Source of the DNA: Epiperipatus broadwayi
Taxonomy: Eukaryota > Animalia > Onychophora
Reading direction: 5' to 3'
DNA: 64,000 nt
NCBI GenBank assembly: GCA_028023455.1
Contig: JAQFVV010000005.1
Coordinates: 22,072,001 to 22,136,000, forward strand
The position numbers and the translations under genes are program-made. Under the pieces are notes generated by a model, which ran no database searches, was not told the DNA's origin, and worked only from the letters and a program-made list of their open reading frames with translations. Shown piece by piece: positions 13,406 through 26,443 of the stretch. Positions within the stretch are counted from its first letter, which is position 1. Each line of letters opens with the position of its first letter.

Positions 13406-13889
13406 AACATGGCATTTATAAACAATTTTTAAGTAATTACTGACAAATATATAAATAGATAGATGGTTGGATGGATGAATAAATGGATAGAAAAATAGAT
13501 AGATATGATGGGTGGAAGGGAGGCGGGCAGGTAAGTAGATAGATAGATAGATGAACCTGTTTAATAAATAGCACTCTGCAATTTGATAAAGTCTCTCAAG
13601 CAGACTCTTACAGAGAAACTATAAGCTTCCCAGTGGTTGGATGAGAGAGAGTGAATATTTTTCCAACTTTAATTTTATGTTGAAGTAAGGATAGATAATA
13701 CTAGTATAATGACCAGTATTTAATGCTGTTTTGGATTGGTTATGGGTCAGTTACCTGAGAGAAAAGTTCTAAGCCACTAGAAAAAATGTTCATTTGACTC
13801 ACCTTAAGTGATGGGAATGATTCATAAGAGCACAGCATCGTTATTATGAGAAATGAATGTATTAGATTACTTCCATTTTTATTATGATG

Positions 13890-14350
13890 AATAAATATGT
13901 CAGAGCATCTCACTATTTTTATGATGTAACTTCTTATAAGAAATGATTGCATTAGAACATCTCATTGTTTCTATGAGGTATGAGTATTTCAGACCATCTG
14001 ATTGTTCTTATGAGTAATGAACCTATCAGAATATTCACAATTGAGTGTGTCAGAGTATCTAACTGTTCTTATGAGGAATGAGCAATGGTTTATTTATTGT
14101 TATTATAAGGAATGAAGTATTAGAATACATCATTATTCTGATGATGAATGAATGTGTCAGGGTATATTACTGTTATTATGAGAAAGGTTTATATCAGATA
14201 TCTCATATTTTTATGAGGTTTGACTATCCTAGAACACATTATTGTTTTTACAAGAGTGTGTCAGAATATCTCACTATTCTTATGAGGGATGAGTATCCCA
14301 GAGAATTTCACTGTTCTTTGCAAGAAGTAAGCCAGAGCATTAATTATTTT
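13890..14350. repeat. Degenerate ~35-45-bp minisatellite
   Basis: Recurrent unit of the form gagtgtgtcagagtatctcactgttcttatgaggaat, about ten diverged copies. Confidence 0.65.
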
Positions 14351-15376
14351 TATATGAAATCTTTACAGGGGACTAAAACCTTTAATTCAAATTAATAATG
14401 GTGAAATAAATTGGTTAAGAAGTTAATGTTACTTATTTATAGTAAACATATAATCAAAATAGTTAGATTATAAAAAAATCATGGACTCAGGATTGGTGAA
14501 AAAATAATTAAATAAGCTGATGTTACCATACTTATAATTGGAATTAGAGAAGAGCTGAAAGTAGTTGCTATAAAAGTTAAGGATCAACATGAAAATATGA
14601 GACTAAGCTAATTCTTTATTATATGCATCGACCTTAAACTTGCTTTTAAACATGAATGCACAAATTATTAACATTAAATTTGCAAACATTTTCATTCAAG
14701 AATAGCTTATTCCAAAAACATTGGAAAAAGTATATGTCTATTCTGACAATGCCTTTTGACTGATTCCATCACTTTAGGGGATCTAGCCATTAATTAAACC
14801 TCAAATTTTTTGAGAAAATATCGAAAGGCCCACATTTTTTACTGTCTTTAGAAGAGACTACTTTATCACAAAAGTAGCTATAGATTTAATTTAATATTAA
14901 TAATCAATCATACTGCATTTGAATTATCATTTAGAGTATATGTGGACTCTGGTTCTTTCTTTCTTTTTTACTTTTATTATATATAAGGCAACATAATTTG
15001 TAAGAAATGTGTTTCTTTAGGATATGGAGCTTTTTAGACAGCCTAATTATTAACAGAATATCATAAAGGACCCTGTGGAAATTTCATGTAATAAATATAT
15101 TTACTAGTGGCTTTAATAAGTTCTTCAATTCAACCAATGTAGGCATAGCTTTGATAACCACTAGCCGTTAGATTTCATTTATGAAGTAGAGTAGAATGAC
15201 CATGATTTTTCCTGCATCAAAAAGGCAACTTGAGCCAATCTTACAGTTGAATCTGGAAAAAGAAATTTATTTGGAAATGTTATATAGCAAAACTATATCT
15301 TGAGTTATTAACAAGTCTGATTTACTTAATCTTTTTATACATTTACTGAGATGCAACTTCTTTACTGATACTTGAT

Positions 15377-15424
15377 GAAGGAATATATATATATATATAT
15401 ATATATATATTCCTTCCTTTCTTT

Positions 15425-15486
<62 letters not shown>

Positions 15487-15498
15487 AAAGAAAGGAAG
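15377..15498. repeat. Two (TA)n tracts embedded in overlapping perfect palindromes
   Basis: GAAGGAA(TA)nTTCCTTC at 15377-15416, and CTTCCTTTCTTTTGTGTGTGTGT(AT)nACACACACACAAAAGAAAGGAAG at 15413-15498. Confidence 0.9.
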
Positions 15499-17419
15499 TC
15501 ACTGCAATGGAATAGATTTGGATATGCCAGTAATATTTTTCACATGACAATATTTAATTAATTAACCAGAAATTTAGAATGAGAATGTTTTCTCCAAACA
15601 GAAGTGTATATTCACCACCAGAATATTCTAATGCTAAATAAATTGTGTGTAAAGTTTGCACAACACAATCACAAATTATTTTCCAAAGATATAAATTTAG
15701 AATTAATCTTAGGTAAGTGAGGAAAATAGCTTAGATGTGATAAGAAAGAATGGAAAGTGAAAAAGGGAATTCTAGAAATGAAGTGGATGAGCTATGTTAT
15801 TCCAATAGTACCCTAAGCAGTTTATCACAGTAATAGAGTAATATTTACTAAGGCAATAAATCTAAAGCATGTGCAGTTGAAAATGTGAAGGTAGGGACCT
15901 CTACAGGTCTTAACCACAAGCTTGAGAACTAAATATATCTGGATCTGGTATATCTGTCATTTCAGGTGTTTGATTTTCATATAATCTCTGCATTGTTAAC
16001 TATTTGATTATTTTATTTATCCCAGAAGTGAATACATCAATAAGGAGCCAAAAACAATAGATTCAACATCATTTGTCAGGAATTAATAATGACTTCACAG
16101 ACTAATACAGATAACATGAATCAGTTCAATATTAATACATTTAGAAGGGTAAAAATCATCTTAATAAATATACTGAATCAATATTTTACCATGCTTAATA
16201 ATATTATTCCATTAAAACGATAAAGTAATAGAATGATTTGATACTCAGGAGACCATATGATAGGGCTTGGTAAGATCCATGGGCCTTTTGCTTTTGGATC
16301 TATCATTCTATCATTGTACTAAATCTTCAAAGTGACCAAAACAATAATCACAGTGCAAAGTTTATTGCTCTGGAGTTCATAAAAAGCTTGCATCCAGAAA
16401 TGGCAGAGGTAGTCTATAATTCATGACCCTGTGTCTGCCCTTCTATCTCTCCAACAAAGCACTGCGATAATCTTCATGGTTGATTTAATAATGATTATAA
16501 TGAATAAAAGTCATTGCTTTGAAAGAGATAGAGTGGGGAAAAAAAACTGGTAGAGATCAAAATGGAACACGCAAAAAAAAAAGCCTTAAACCATTTTCCT
16601 TCCCTTAACACAAAGTGTGCCTCAAGAATAATAATTTTCCATTAATGGAAATCATATTTGGAAAGCATATACTGTATATGCGCACAAATGTTATTTTTTC
16701 TCAAGATTTATAAATTGAAAAAGTTAAAAATTACATTAAAATAAAATTTGTATTTTAATAATTCAAAGATGATTACGTCATCCATTACGTCATAGTATTT
16801 AAATTTCTGTGAGCTATTGCAGATATTACTGAATTGGATAGCAAAGGTTGATTTACGAACATAAGCATTGAATGAATAACTGCAAAAAGCTATTTTTTTA
16901 AATATAAAAACACATACGAAATATAAATATATAGTATGTGAATTTTTAATATCCTAAAAACCACTAAAAATAAAACTTTCTGTTTGGAAAAGCAGCTTTA
17001 GATCCTGGTCTGCATCATGGAATAATCATATTAGGACATTACCTGAGGACAAATCATCTAAACATATATCATTAAATAAAAAATATTTTCAAGGAATTCA
17101 CTCAGATCTTCAAAATATGCAATGGATTTCGATGCTAAAAGGCAATCCTTTGACTTTAATTAAATTTGGTTTCAAATATTTCAGGCATAATCTCTCTCTC
17201 ATATATATATATATAAACATTTTGATTTTATATATATATATAACTTTCACTCTATAAAGCAAACAAAGCATTTCTCGCTTTAGAATCATCCCTAATAAGT
17301 TGAAGTAATCAATGGTTATCAGGTAGTAGTAGTTAATTTAAATCCCCATTATTTTCTGGTATTTGCTGTTATTAATGAGGTCTCAGGATTCAAAGATGGT
17401 ACTTATGAAGTTAGGCATC

Positions 17420-18634
17420 TAAGAACTACCAACTCAGACCCTCAATCTCCATGGTATCTCATATTGCTAACCCACCTGATCACACACACATGTTGAAAAG
17501 ATAAATAATCACCAATATACATATTTCATGGTAAAACAGCAATCATCAGTTGGTCCACATGGTCTCCATACATATATACAATCAGTTCTCAGCTTTATAT
17601 TAAGATAGTCATTCATACTTTAATGGACAGGCTTCAAACTACTCCAATCCACAACTCTTCAGCCATCCATTTCATTGAAATCTGATGATGGAACATTCAA
17701 AGCCCATGTTAGTATCAAGGTTGTTATCCTACCCATGTTGATGTTAGTCATTCTGACCCCTCATGCACTGGAGAATAATCCTTTTACATACGCATGCGAG
17801 AGATGAACAGACCTTTACCACACTATGTTTCAATATGCACTTTAATACACTATACAGACTTACACCTGCACATATAATGTAATATATAAGAGATTCGAAC
17901 TTAGTCTTTCACATGACCCTCAACTCTCCATATCACCTCATACTGCTGACCCACCTGATCATGCACATGTTGAAAAGAGAAATAATCACCAATATATGTA
18001 TTTCATGCTAAACCAGCAATTATCAGTTGGTCCAGATTACAATCAGTACTCAGCTTTATATTAAGATAGAAAATCTTTAACAGGCTTCAAACTACTCCAA
18101 CCCACAACTCTTCAGCCATCCATTTCATTGAAAATCTGATGGAGCATTCAAAGCCAATGTTAGTATCAAGGTTATCATCCTACCCATGTGGACGTTAGTC
18201 ATTCTGAACCCTCATGTACCAGAGAATTAAAGGTCTGCCCATCCCTCACATATGTATGTAAAATGTATGAGATGGCATAAAGAGTTGAGATTCATGTGAA
18301 AGTCTGAGTTCGAATCCCTTATATATTACATTATATGTGTAGGTGTGTGTAAGCCTGTACAGTGTATTAAATTACATATTGAAACATAGTGCATTAAAGG
18401 TCTGATCATCCCTCACATATGTAAAATGGATTATTCTCTGGTACATGAGGGGGCAGAATGATTAACATCAACATGGGTAGGATGACAATCTTGGCACTAA
18501 CATGGGCTTTGCACGTTCCATCATCAGATTTTCAATGAAATGGATGGCTGCAGAGTTTTGGGTTGGAGTAGTTTGAAGCCTCTCCATTAAAGTATGAAGA
18601 TTGGTTATTTTAATATAAAGCTGAGCACTGATTG

Positions 18635-18672
<38 letters not shown>

Positions 18673-18895
18673 ATGGTAATCTGGACCAACTGATGATTGC
18701 TAGTTTAGCATGAAATATGTATATTGGCGATTATTTATCTTTTCAACATGTGTGTGATCAGGTGGATCAGCAATATGAGATGGCATGGAGAGTTGAAGGT
18801 CGTGTGAAAGTCTGAGTTCGAATCTCTTATATATTACATTATATGTGCGGGTGTGTGTAATCCTGTACAGTGTATTAAATTACATAAAGCTAAAA
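17420..18895. mobile_element. ~460-bp repeat family 'R1': two tandem direct units followed by inverted units
   Basis: Conserved blocks (atcatcagttggtccag; cttcagccatccatttcattgaaaatctgatgatgg; ttcgaactcagactttcacatg) recur at ~454-bp spacing (17682, 18136), then on the opposite strand from ~18225 to 18895. Confidence 0.75.
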
Positions 18896-19434
18896 TCCTA
18901 AAATTAAAAACAAATGCTTAGTTTTTTTTTTTTAATCCAAGCCAATCTGCCTATATTTTATATAGAGTTTTCAGTGATAGTAATACCGCCTCTGTGGGGA
19001 TGAAAATTAAATTTTGGGAGTGAAAAAATCTCAGATTATAATCAGGGATTCTTCAAAACTGGGGCCTAAGTGACCACTCCAATATTTTTTAATTGTCATA
19101 CTACTTTAATTGCACGAGGATCTCATGGAATAAAGAAAAGTAAATGCAAAGTATTTTGTTTAAAATTTCATGAAGGCAATTACAAATAAATGATCTAATC
19201 TTTAAGGAATGATAGTTTAAAAAAAAGTTGCCAAATTCTAATCTAAATCAATAACTATATATGTAGAAACATCAGTTGTTGTTTTTTTAAACATGATATT
19301 AAAAAGTTAAAGATAGAACCTCACATCTCGAGTCTTTTTCACTGATAAAGGCAAAAGCTAAAAACCAGTCCAAAGATAAGAAAATGTACTGCCATCTGGT
19401 AGTCATTGATTAGTCAAGCTTACTAAAGATAAAA

Positions 19435-20900
19435 ATAAGGTAGAAATTCCTATAAAGAATTATATAGCAATAAAGAATAAAAAACACATCCCTTTCAATT
19501 ATTATATCTCCTGAATTGCCCAGAATTTAGAAGATTCAATCAAATTTATGAAGCAGGAAAAATATCTGGGTAATAATGGAATCATAATGCAAATCTTAAA
19601 AGAAGTAAATGAAGAAAGAAAAAATATTGGAAAAGTTATATTCTAAATGTCTAAATGATAAAGATGTATGAAATGATTAGAAGAATGCAGTAGAAATAAT
19701 GTTTTCCTGAAGGTTTGTGATGATGTTGTTCTAGTTGTATTTTCATATTGGACTATTTCCATTATCTAATATGAGTATTGAATGTCTTTAAAAAAAATTA
19801 ACTTTATTTAAATATTCCAAATACATTCATCTGTTAGTAATAGCACACCAAACCTAGGTTAGTATATGCATAATGTTTCATGAGGTATTATTCTCCCCTC
19901 TTCTTCAGGTGTTGCTGGCCTGACCAGTGACAGTACTAGCATCGAACCTGGACCCTTAAATTCTTGAATATTGAATTTTGAGATAGCACTTTAACCAACT
20001 GAGCCATCCTGCCAACTTTGCTCTTAGGAAAAAGTGGAAAAATCAGCTAGAACCTCATAGATAAGTATATGAAATTTCTACTGACTGTTGCCTTTGTCAG
20101 GCTGGCTCAGTTGGTTAGAGCATTACCTTAAAATTCAATATTCAAGAATCTAAGGGTCCAGGTTCGAATCCTATGCTAGTACTGTCATTACTCGGGCCAG
20201 CAACACCTGAAGAAGAAGGGAGAATAATACCTCTTGAAATGTTGTGCATATACTAACTTGTTGGATGTAATATTACTAAGAGTTGAATGTATTTGGAATA
20301 TTTAAATAAAGTTAACTTTTTCTAAAGACATTTAATACTCATATTAGATTATGGGAATAGTCCAATATAAAATTACAGTAGAAATAATATTTTAAAAAGG
20401 TGATAAAGAAGATATTAGAAATTACAGACCTATCAATTTTATACAAGATTTTTTTATCAAGAACTAGTTTATTGAAACTTTGGATTCAATCAGCCAAAGT
20501 ACAAGCTGGATTTAAAAGTAGTTTTAGCACATTGGAATCAAATCCAAGTATTAAGAGAAGTTATAGAACGAAAATAATAAATACCACTTTACTTATTATG
20601 GTAAGACCTTTAATTCACTTTTTAAGTGATTAAAGCATTGGATTATCAAGATATAGATCCAGGATATCATATTTCTGAAAAAATATTTATCAAAATGCAG
20701 CATCACTTATTAGATACATAATGAACTAAGAAGATTAATACTGAAAAGAGTGTATGACAGAGTGATTCCATATCTCCAAAAAAAAATAAATGATAGCAGT
20801 TTTGCAAGAAATATTTTGTGATAAAAGTTTTCATCCTTTTTAAAAAAAATAAGGAAAATATCTAAAATATTTATCATTGAGAAAACATTTTTTGATGATG
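19435..20900 (+). mobile_element. Decayed RTE-type LINE RT region interrupted by a PLE-1 derivative
   Basis: The left part reads like FYKELYS…GKAPG…EW. After the insertion it resumes as (IF)KKGDKEDIRNYRPIS…KIF…QAGF…, then matches 62383-62570. Confidence 0.7.
19701..20378. mobile_element. Palindromic non-autonomous PLE-1 pLTR derivative
   Basis: Left arm 19701-20015 (sense -) and right arm 20013-20378 (sense +), each with tRNA-like module and hammerhead region (19869-19911; 20204-20246). 13-bp TSD CAGTAGAAATAAT (19688-19700, 20376-20388). Confidence 0.9.
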
Positions 20901-23496
20901 AGTAAATTATCAGAAGTATTAACTTGTTGTCCTTCATTGGACTAAAAAAGATATATGTGTGTGTACACATACATTCATGAGTATTTTTTTGCTAAAACTT
21001 TTATTTATAAAGAACTGATTTTAAATTTAGCCAGTGGAGTAATAACTAGTACATTTAATATATCTTGATTATTACCTAGGTTTGAACCCGGATGGAATTT
21101 TGAAAAAAAATTTTATAACTAAGATTTATTTCTAGGCTAGCATATGCTTTTTTTCTCACATTGTTGTTACATAACTAATGTATTTAATTATTATGGATAT
21201 ATATATAGACATTAGTTAAAAGATAAAACTAAGATAGAACATCGTTAAAATTCTCATTTATAGATGATTTAAATTATCCTAAAATTTCTTCTTCAGCAAG
21301 AGCTTTCCCCAGCAGTGAGCTCTTTAGGGCTGTTTTAGCAGCGGTATAAATTGATATTAGCTGTAGTTGATGATAGTAGTGCTGACAGCAAAGCGTCATT
21401 TCAAACTGCACGGATAAAAGCAATCTTAAGCTACTTAGGTATTCTATGACTCTGAATGGTTGATAGAATGGCGAATTCTGGAGTTCCAAAATTCATGGAT
21501 CGCGGCTATCTCCAAACGTCCGATGCTCGAACTAAACCATTCGATTTTTATTCTATAATGAAAATTGTAAATAGAAATACGCCAAAAGTCATCGCCGACT
21601 TAACGGCACCTAACAATATTAATAATAATAACAATATATAATACATGTAAATATTGCTGCGATTCAATAATTTCATGCCTTTTTCCTTTTGTCACATATA
21701 ACCTTGTATTTTTTTTATCAATGTATCAAATGTAAACATGCATATACTCTGTTAATAAAGTTTTGGAATAATAATAATAATATTGCTGCGATTTGGTAAA
21801 AAAATTCTTTACTATGATTAAGACTTAAACCTGTTTAAAAGATTTGCCTTAAGCTATTGGCTAAATCATCAAAAATATATTCAACTTCATAAAAGTTTAA
21901 TCCATTTGTAATGCATATGCATACATGTGTTTAAATTTGTTTGAACATTTAAAAAATTAATTATTCAGAACTCATTTCAGAAAGGGGGAGAAAGAGGGCG
22001 TTTGTTTTTTAATTTTCGGTCAACATACTTGTGATGGGCGTTGGCCTAGATCTGATTAAAATAGGCTATGTTCACTATTCATGTATGGTTTGTTGAGAAT
22101 TATTTTAATAATTTTCTGTATCAAAAAATTAGATGAATTTTTAAAAAAAATATTATGCTTTTTTAATAAATAGCCCAAGTCAATCTTTCATAGAGGAATA
22201 ATGAAAGAGAAAACAATATTAACCAGGCTTGCAAATTACTGACTGATGAGGATTTGAGCGGTGTTTCATACGTGTTTTATTCTCTATCCAAGAATAACAA
22301 GATATCCATTTACCAACCAAAGTTGAATGGTTAACCACTTGGAAAAAAAATTACGCTATCGGTACTTGAACTCCTAGTTGTATGCATATACATGCACATT
22401 ATATACCATTTTACACACACACACACACACACATCTCCATTATTATAATCAATGGTTATTACTAAATTACTAATAAACCTTAAAATTTTCTGGCTTGAAA
22501 AAATATCTAGTATATTACTTAATATTTCTTTCTGATTTTCACTTAAGATTAATAGATCGATTATCTTCTGGAGATGATCTTTTTTTTTTTTGAGGTGCAT
22601 GCAAAAAGAAAAAAGCTATGTAGATATCCCTTTTACTTTAGCAAAAAATTTTAACGTTTTTGCAATGAACTAAGCACTAAATCGTGACCTCATAGGCGAT
22701 TACCGCTACCTTCATCAGCGATAAAACATGCATTATATTACAATACAGTCACGTTTTTTATGGGCAGTATATTAGCACTCATCTGATTAATCAATATTAT
22801 TATAAGCTGTTTACTTGCCAGTTAGTAATAGTTATATACCCATTTAGTATCCAAAATTAGTTGGCTAGCCAGATTGCCTTTGAGAGAGCTGTATGAAGAG
22901 ATGTTGAGCTTATTTTTAGAAATCTATCATTTCCAGCTTTATTCTAGATTGTAATCTCAAAATTAATGAGCATGATAAACTATTGCATTATTACTTCTTA
23001 TCTTTGTTGTTGGTGTTGATTTTTTGCAAAGGGGGTTAATTAAAAAAGTTAATTTAGATATAACTCTGCCAATGTGATGTTAAAATAACCAAAACAAGTA
23101 ATAAATTTGATAGTTATTTTATATGGTTCTTAGCATAAGCCTGTTCTTATTTAAAGTTATTTATTTTTTTACATTTTGATCTATTAAATAAATAAAGCAT
23201 CATCATTATCATCATTTATTATTATTATTATAGCGCTATGCATTGTAACACAATAATAGAGTAATGTGCTTGGAAACTAAAAATTTTATACCAAGCTCTG
23301 TGACTACCAACACTCAATTGAATATCACATGACCTTCCATGTGACAAATATTTTTATTATTATTGTTATTACATTTATTGATATTACTGACTTAAGAATT
23401 TTATACGTGGGTACTTATTACATGTATATCTGTTTGCATGTGTGTAAATATATATATAGAAAGAGAGAGATTCCAGTTTTAATTTTTTTTTTTTAG

Positions 23497-23695
23497 TTCG
23501 CCCAATCGGATATTTCCAATACTTATCATGACCAAACAGAATTAAATTATCCCTTATTTGAATTAGGATATTTTATGTGCCAATACAATGAGTCTCAAGA
23601 GATTGTGCAAGTACTCCAGATTTCCCAAGTATGTGATTCAGTGGATAACTGTTTTATGAAGTCTGATGAGGACAGAGCTAGGCTTAAATGTACAA
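23497..23695 (+). CDS. dpy: Internal coding exon of a dumpy-like giant extracellular matrix protein gene (N-terminal region just before the EGF repeats)
   Basis: Poly-T/AG acceptor (23491-23496) and GTAAGT donor (23696). Open phase 0 to phase 1 frame: FAQSDISNTYHDQTELNYPLFELGYFMCQYNESQEIVQVLQISQVCDSVDNCFMKSDEDRARLKCT. This aligns with the Drosophila Dumpy N-terminus as I recall it (GYFGCQVNESTEYLQLFNLSKLCDGTQDCFLGADELSKELKCT), with all four Cys plus GYF, NES, CD, DE and LKCT conserved. Confidence 0.85.
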
Positions 23696-25044
23696 GTAAG
23701 TTATTTTTTCTTAATAACTTCTATTTGTGTTTGTAAAATATACCATAATTTAACTTATTATCATAACTTTTAAGAAATTGAATTTTCTGAAAAATTGATT
23801 TTGAATAAACATGAAATTTATATCTGGTTTTAATTGTATATAGTTTGACAGAGTAAATGGTCTGAGTTTGAAGATTGGTTATGGAAGTTTAGATCAGTAA
23901 TGAGCAGAACAACTAACTAATTAAGCTTTTTATTGTAATTACAATCCTTAAAAAAACAGAAGCAATTAGTAGAGTTTTTAAATATATGTTGTTTAACCAA
24001 TTAGTTCAAAGATATGTAAACTTGGCTGATATAATTTGGATTCAAATTTTGTACTAATTAAAGAGATTTAATCATTTTAGGATTAATAAAAATAAATAAA
24101 TGCAAATTAAAAGCATATGCACTTGTGCACAAATACATAATCTAAGTATTTATAACATATACAATTTATATATAATAAAACGATGTAATCATTTACTATT
24201 TCATAACATATAGAAATGGGGGGGGGGTAGGACAAATAGGTGTAGATCTATTCAAACATAATATTTGTTTTGAGAAGTAATCAATTCATAATACTTACAG
24301 ATAGGCATGTGTTATGTTGTGTACATGTATATGTGCGTGCATGTGTGTGTATAATATTTTTTATTATTTATACATTAATAATAAAAATATATTTTAAGAA
24401 TTATTTAAAATTTTGTATAAGGTATATTAAAATATTGTATAAAGTAATTTTAAATTAATTATTAAAAATATAATAGTAATTTATTATTAATGTTTTAAAC
24501 TTATAAAGCACTTGATAAAAGATTGTTATTTTATATATATACACACACACACACATTGATATCATTTTTAAAAAGAAATAATTTAGAAAAATCACATCTT
24601 GGATTTCATCTTCATGTAAAAAAAAATTGATAACTTTTTGAATTGACTCCAGTGTTGAAGAAAATGGCTATAATTGAAATGAAAATGGCAGACTAAATGT
24701 ATACAAAATCTCTATTTGTTATGTGTGGATAATTTTATAAGAAAATTTCTAGAATAAATTAAAAACAAAAAGTTGTTAATTCTCACCTTCTACAAAATAG
24801 ACCGTGGAATTACATACTAAAGTGACCATTAGCAGTAAGTGCTATAATGTAATACAAATATTTCAATAAGGAATAAAGGATTTGCAATCAACAACCAGTA
24901 TAAATACTAAATATCTAAAACAAACAATTCAGGAATATTTGATATTTGTAACTACAAATTTATTTAAATCTAAATTAAAATTAAATGCTATATTAAAGAT
25001 ATCTCTATTTGTGGGTATGTTACTGTATATACTTTAATCTAATC

Positions 25045-25542
25045 CAGGGGTGGGCAATTGTTTTGGCTCAGGGGCCACATAGGTTGGTGGAGGGCCGCAT
25101 TGGGGGCCACTTTGTGGAAGCAAAGGTTAATGGAAGGCCACATCTTTTTTTCTTGACACAATAAACATACTGCTTTATTCCCTGTATTACCAAAGAAATA
25201 TTTGTTTGTCCATTCTTCATTAAACACATGACATTCATTACCAATTTTACATTTTTTTGGAGCATTCATGGTTTCACAAAAGTTGGAAATATATATATAT
25301 TTGCTAATGCAAAGACAAAATTGAAATTAATCAGATCAACTGGAAAAGCACTGCACATCGTATCTACACTGCGCATGTATATTGATGTGGCCATTCTAGT
25401 GGAAAATATGAGATGAATATTCGGTCATGCAACAGAAAGGAAATCTCAGTCCAAGGTGGATTTTTCTGATTGTCCCGGAGGGCTGCATAAAAACTCTTAG
25501 CGGGCCGCATGTGGCCCTTGGGCCATTATTTGCCCACCCCTG
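25045..25542 (-). mobile_element. hAT-superfamily (Buster/SPIN-like) non-autonomous DNA transposon
   Basis: TIRs CAGGGGTGGGCAA / TTGCCCACCCCTG, perfect 8-bp TSD ATCTAATC (25037-25044, 25543-25550). Retains a transposase N-terminus on - (KKCKIGNECHVFNEEWTNKYFF…KAVCLLCQE). Confidence 0.9.
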
Positions 25543-26344
25543 ATCTAATCAGTTAAAATTTAAGCAAGAACTTTTGGGTATGTAAACATTATATATAGCT
25601 TATTTATTGTCATTTATTTACTTTCAAATGCTTTATAAGTAGTGCATATTTATAATAATTATTGTATGATTTAAATATTTAAAGTTTAAATACTGTTTTA
25701 ATTGTGATTTGATAATAATAAAAAGCTTCACCTAGATTTATTTATTGTTGATAATTAAAAGAATAAATTCGTTACCATTTAGACAAATAAATTGTCAGTG
25801 TTAAAAAATACATAAACGATTTTATTTAGAATGTTATAAATGTGAATTTAAATAAATGAATGGAAGACAATATTGAATGAATCATTTGAGATCATTTAAC
25901 AATGTGAATGACTTAAATTTAAATGATTTTTGAACTTCATTTTATATAAGTTAAACTAGTAAGTTTTAAATGCTTGTTATAACTTTATAGAATTTTGTTA
26001 TTTTATATGTGGATTTATTTGATGTTTATTTATGGAGATGTTGAGTGTGAGATGTGTGGGTATCTAATAAAAATATCCCAGTGCATAATGCTAGCCAAAA
26101 ATTCAAATACAAAATGTTCAAATCACCCTCCAACAATGTCCTTTATATTTATTCACAGAGGGCATTGCTGAAAATACATAATGTTTGAATGGGTGATTTG
26201 AACATTTTCTAACATATTTTATATATAATCAATATTAATAATAAGCATGAAGATGTTAAATTTTTCCAAGTTTGAAATAACGATTCTATTATATATTATT
26301 TTTTCTTGAGTTTAAAATGCAGATGTAGAATTCCTGCTTATACA

Positions 26345-26412
<68 letters not shown>

Positions 26413-26443
26413 TGATGATGATGATGATGATGGTGATGATAAT
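26345..26443. repeat. (TAA)n-(TGA)n compound microsatellite
   Basis: Direct reading of the sequence. Confidence 0.95.

Noticed and set aside
22927-23034. Hydrophobic stretch (LLHYYFLSLLLVLIFCKG) as the dumpy signal-peptide exon
   Set aside because: Nearby ATGs are out of frame, and the only GT donor gives phase 1 whereas the next exon is phase 0. It could be rescued only by a sequencing error or another exon; unresolved.
23630-23680. TGATT…CTGATGA as a C/D snoRNA or hammerhead
   Set aside because: Explained by the coding exon (SDE codons); no GAAA or terminal stem.
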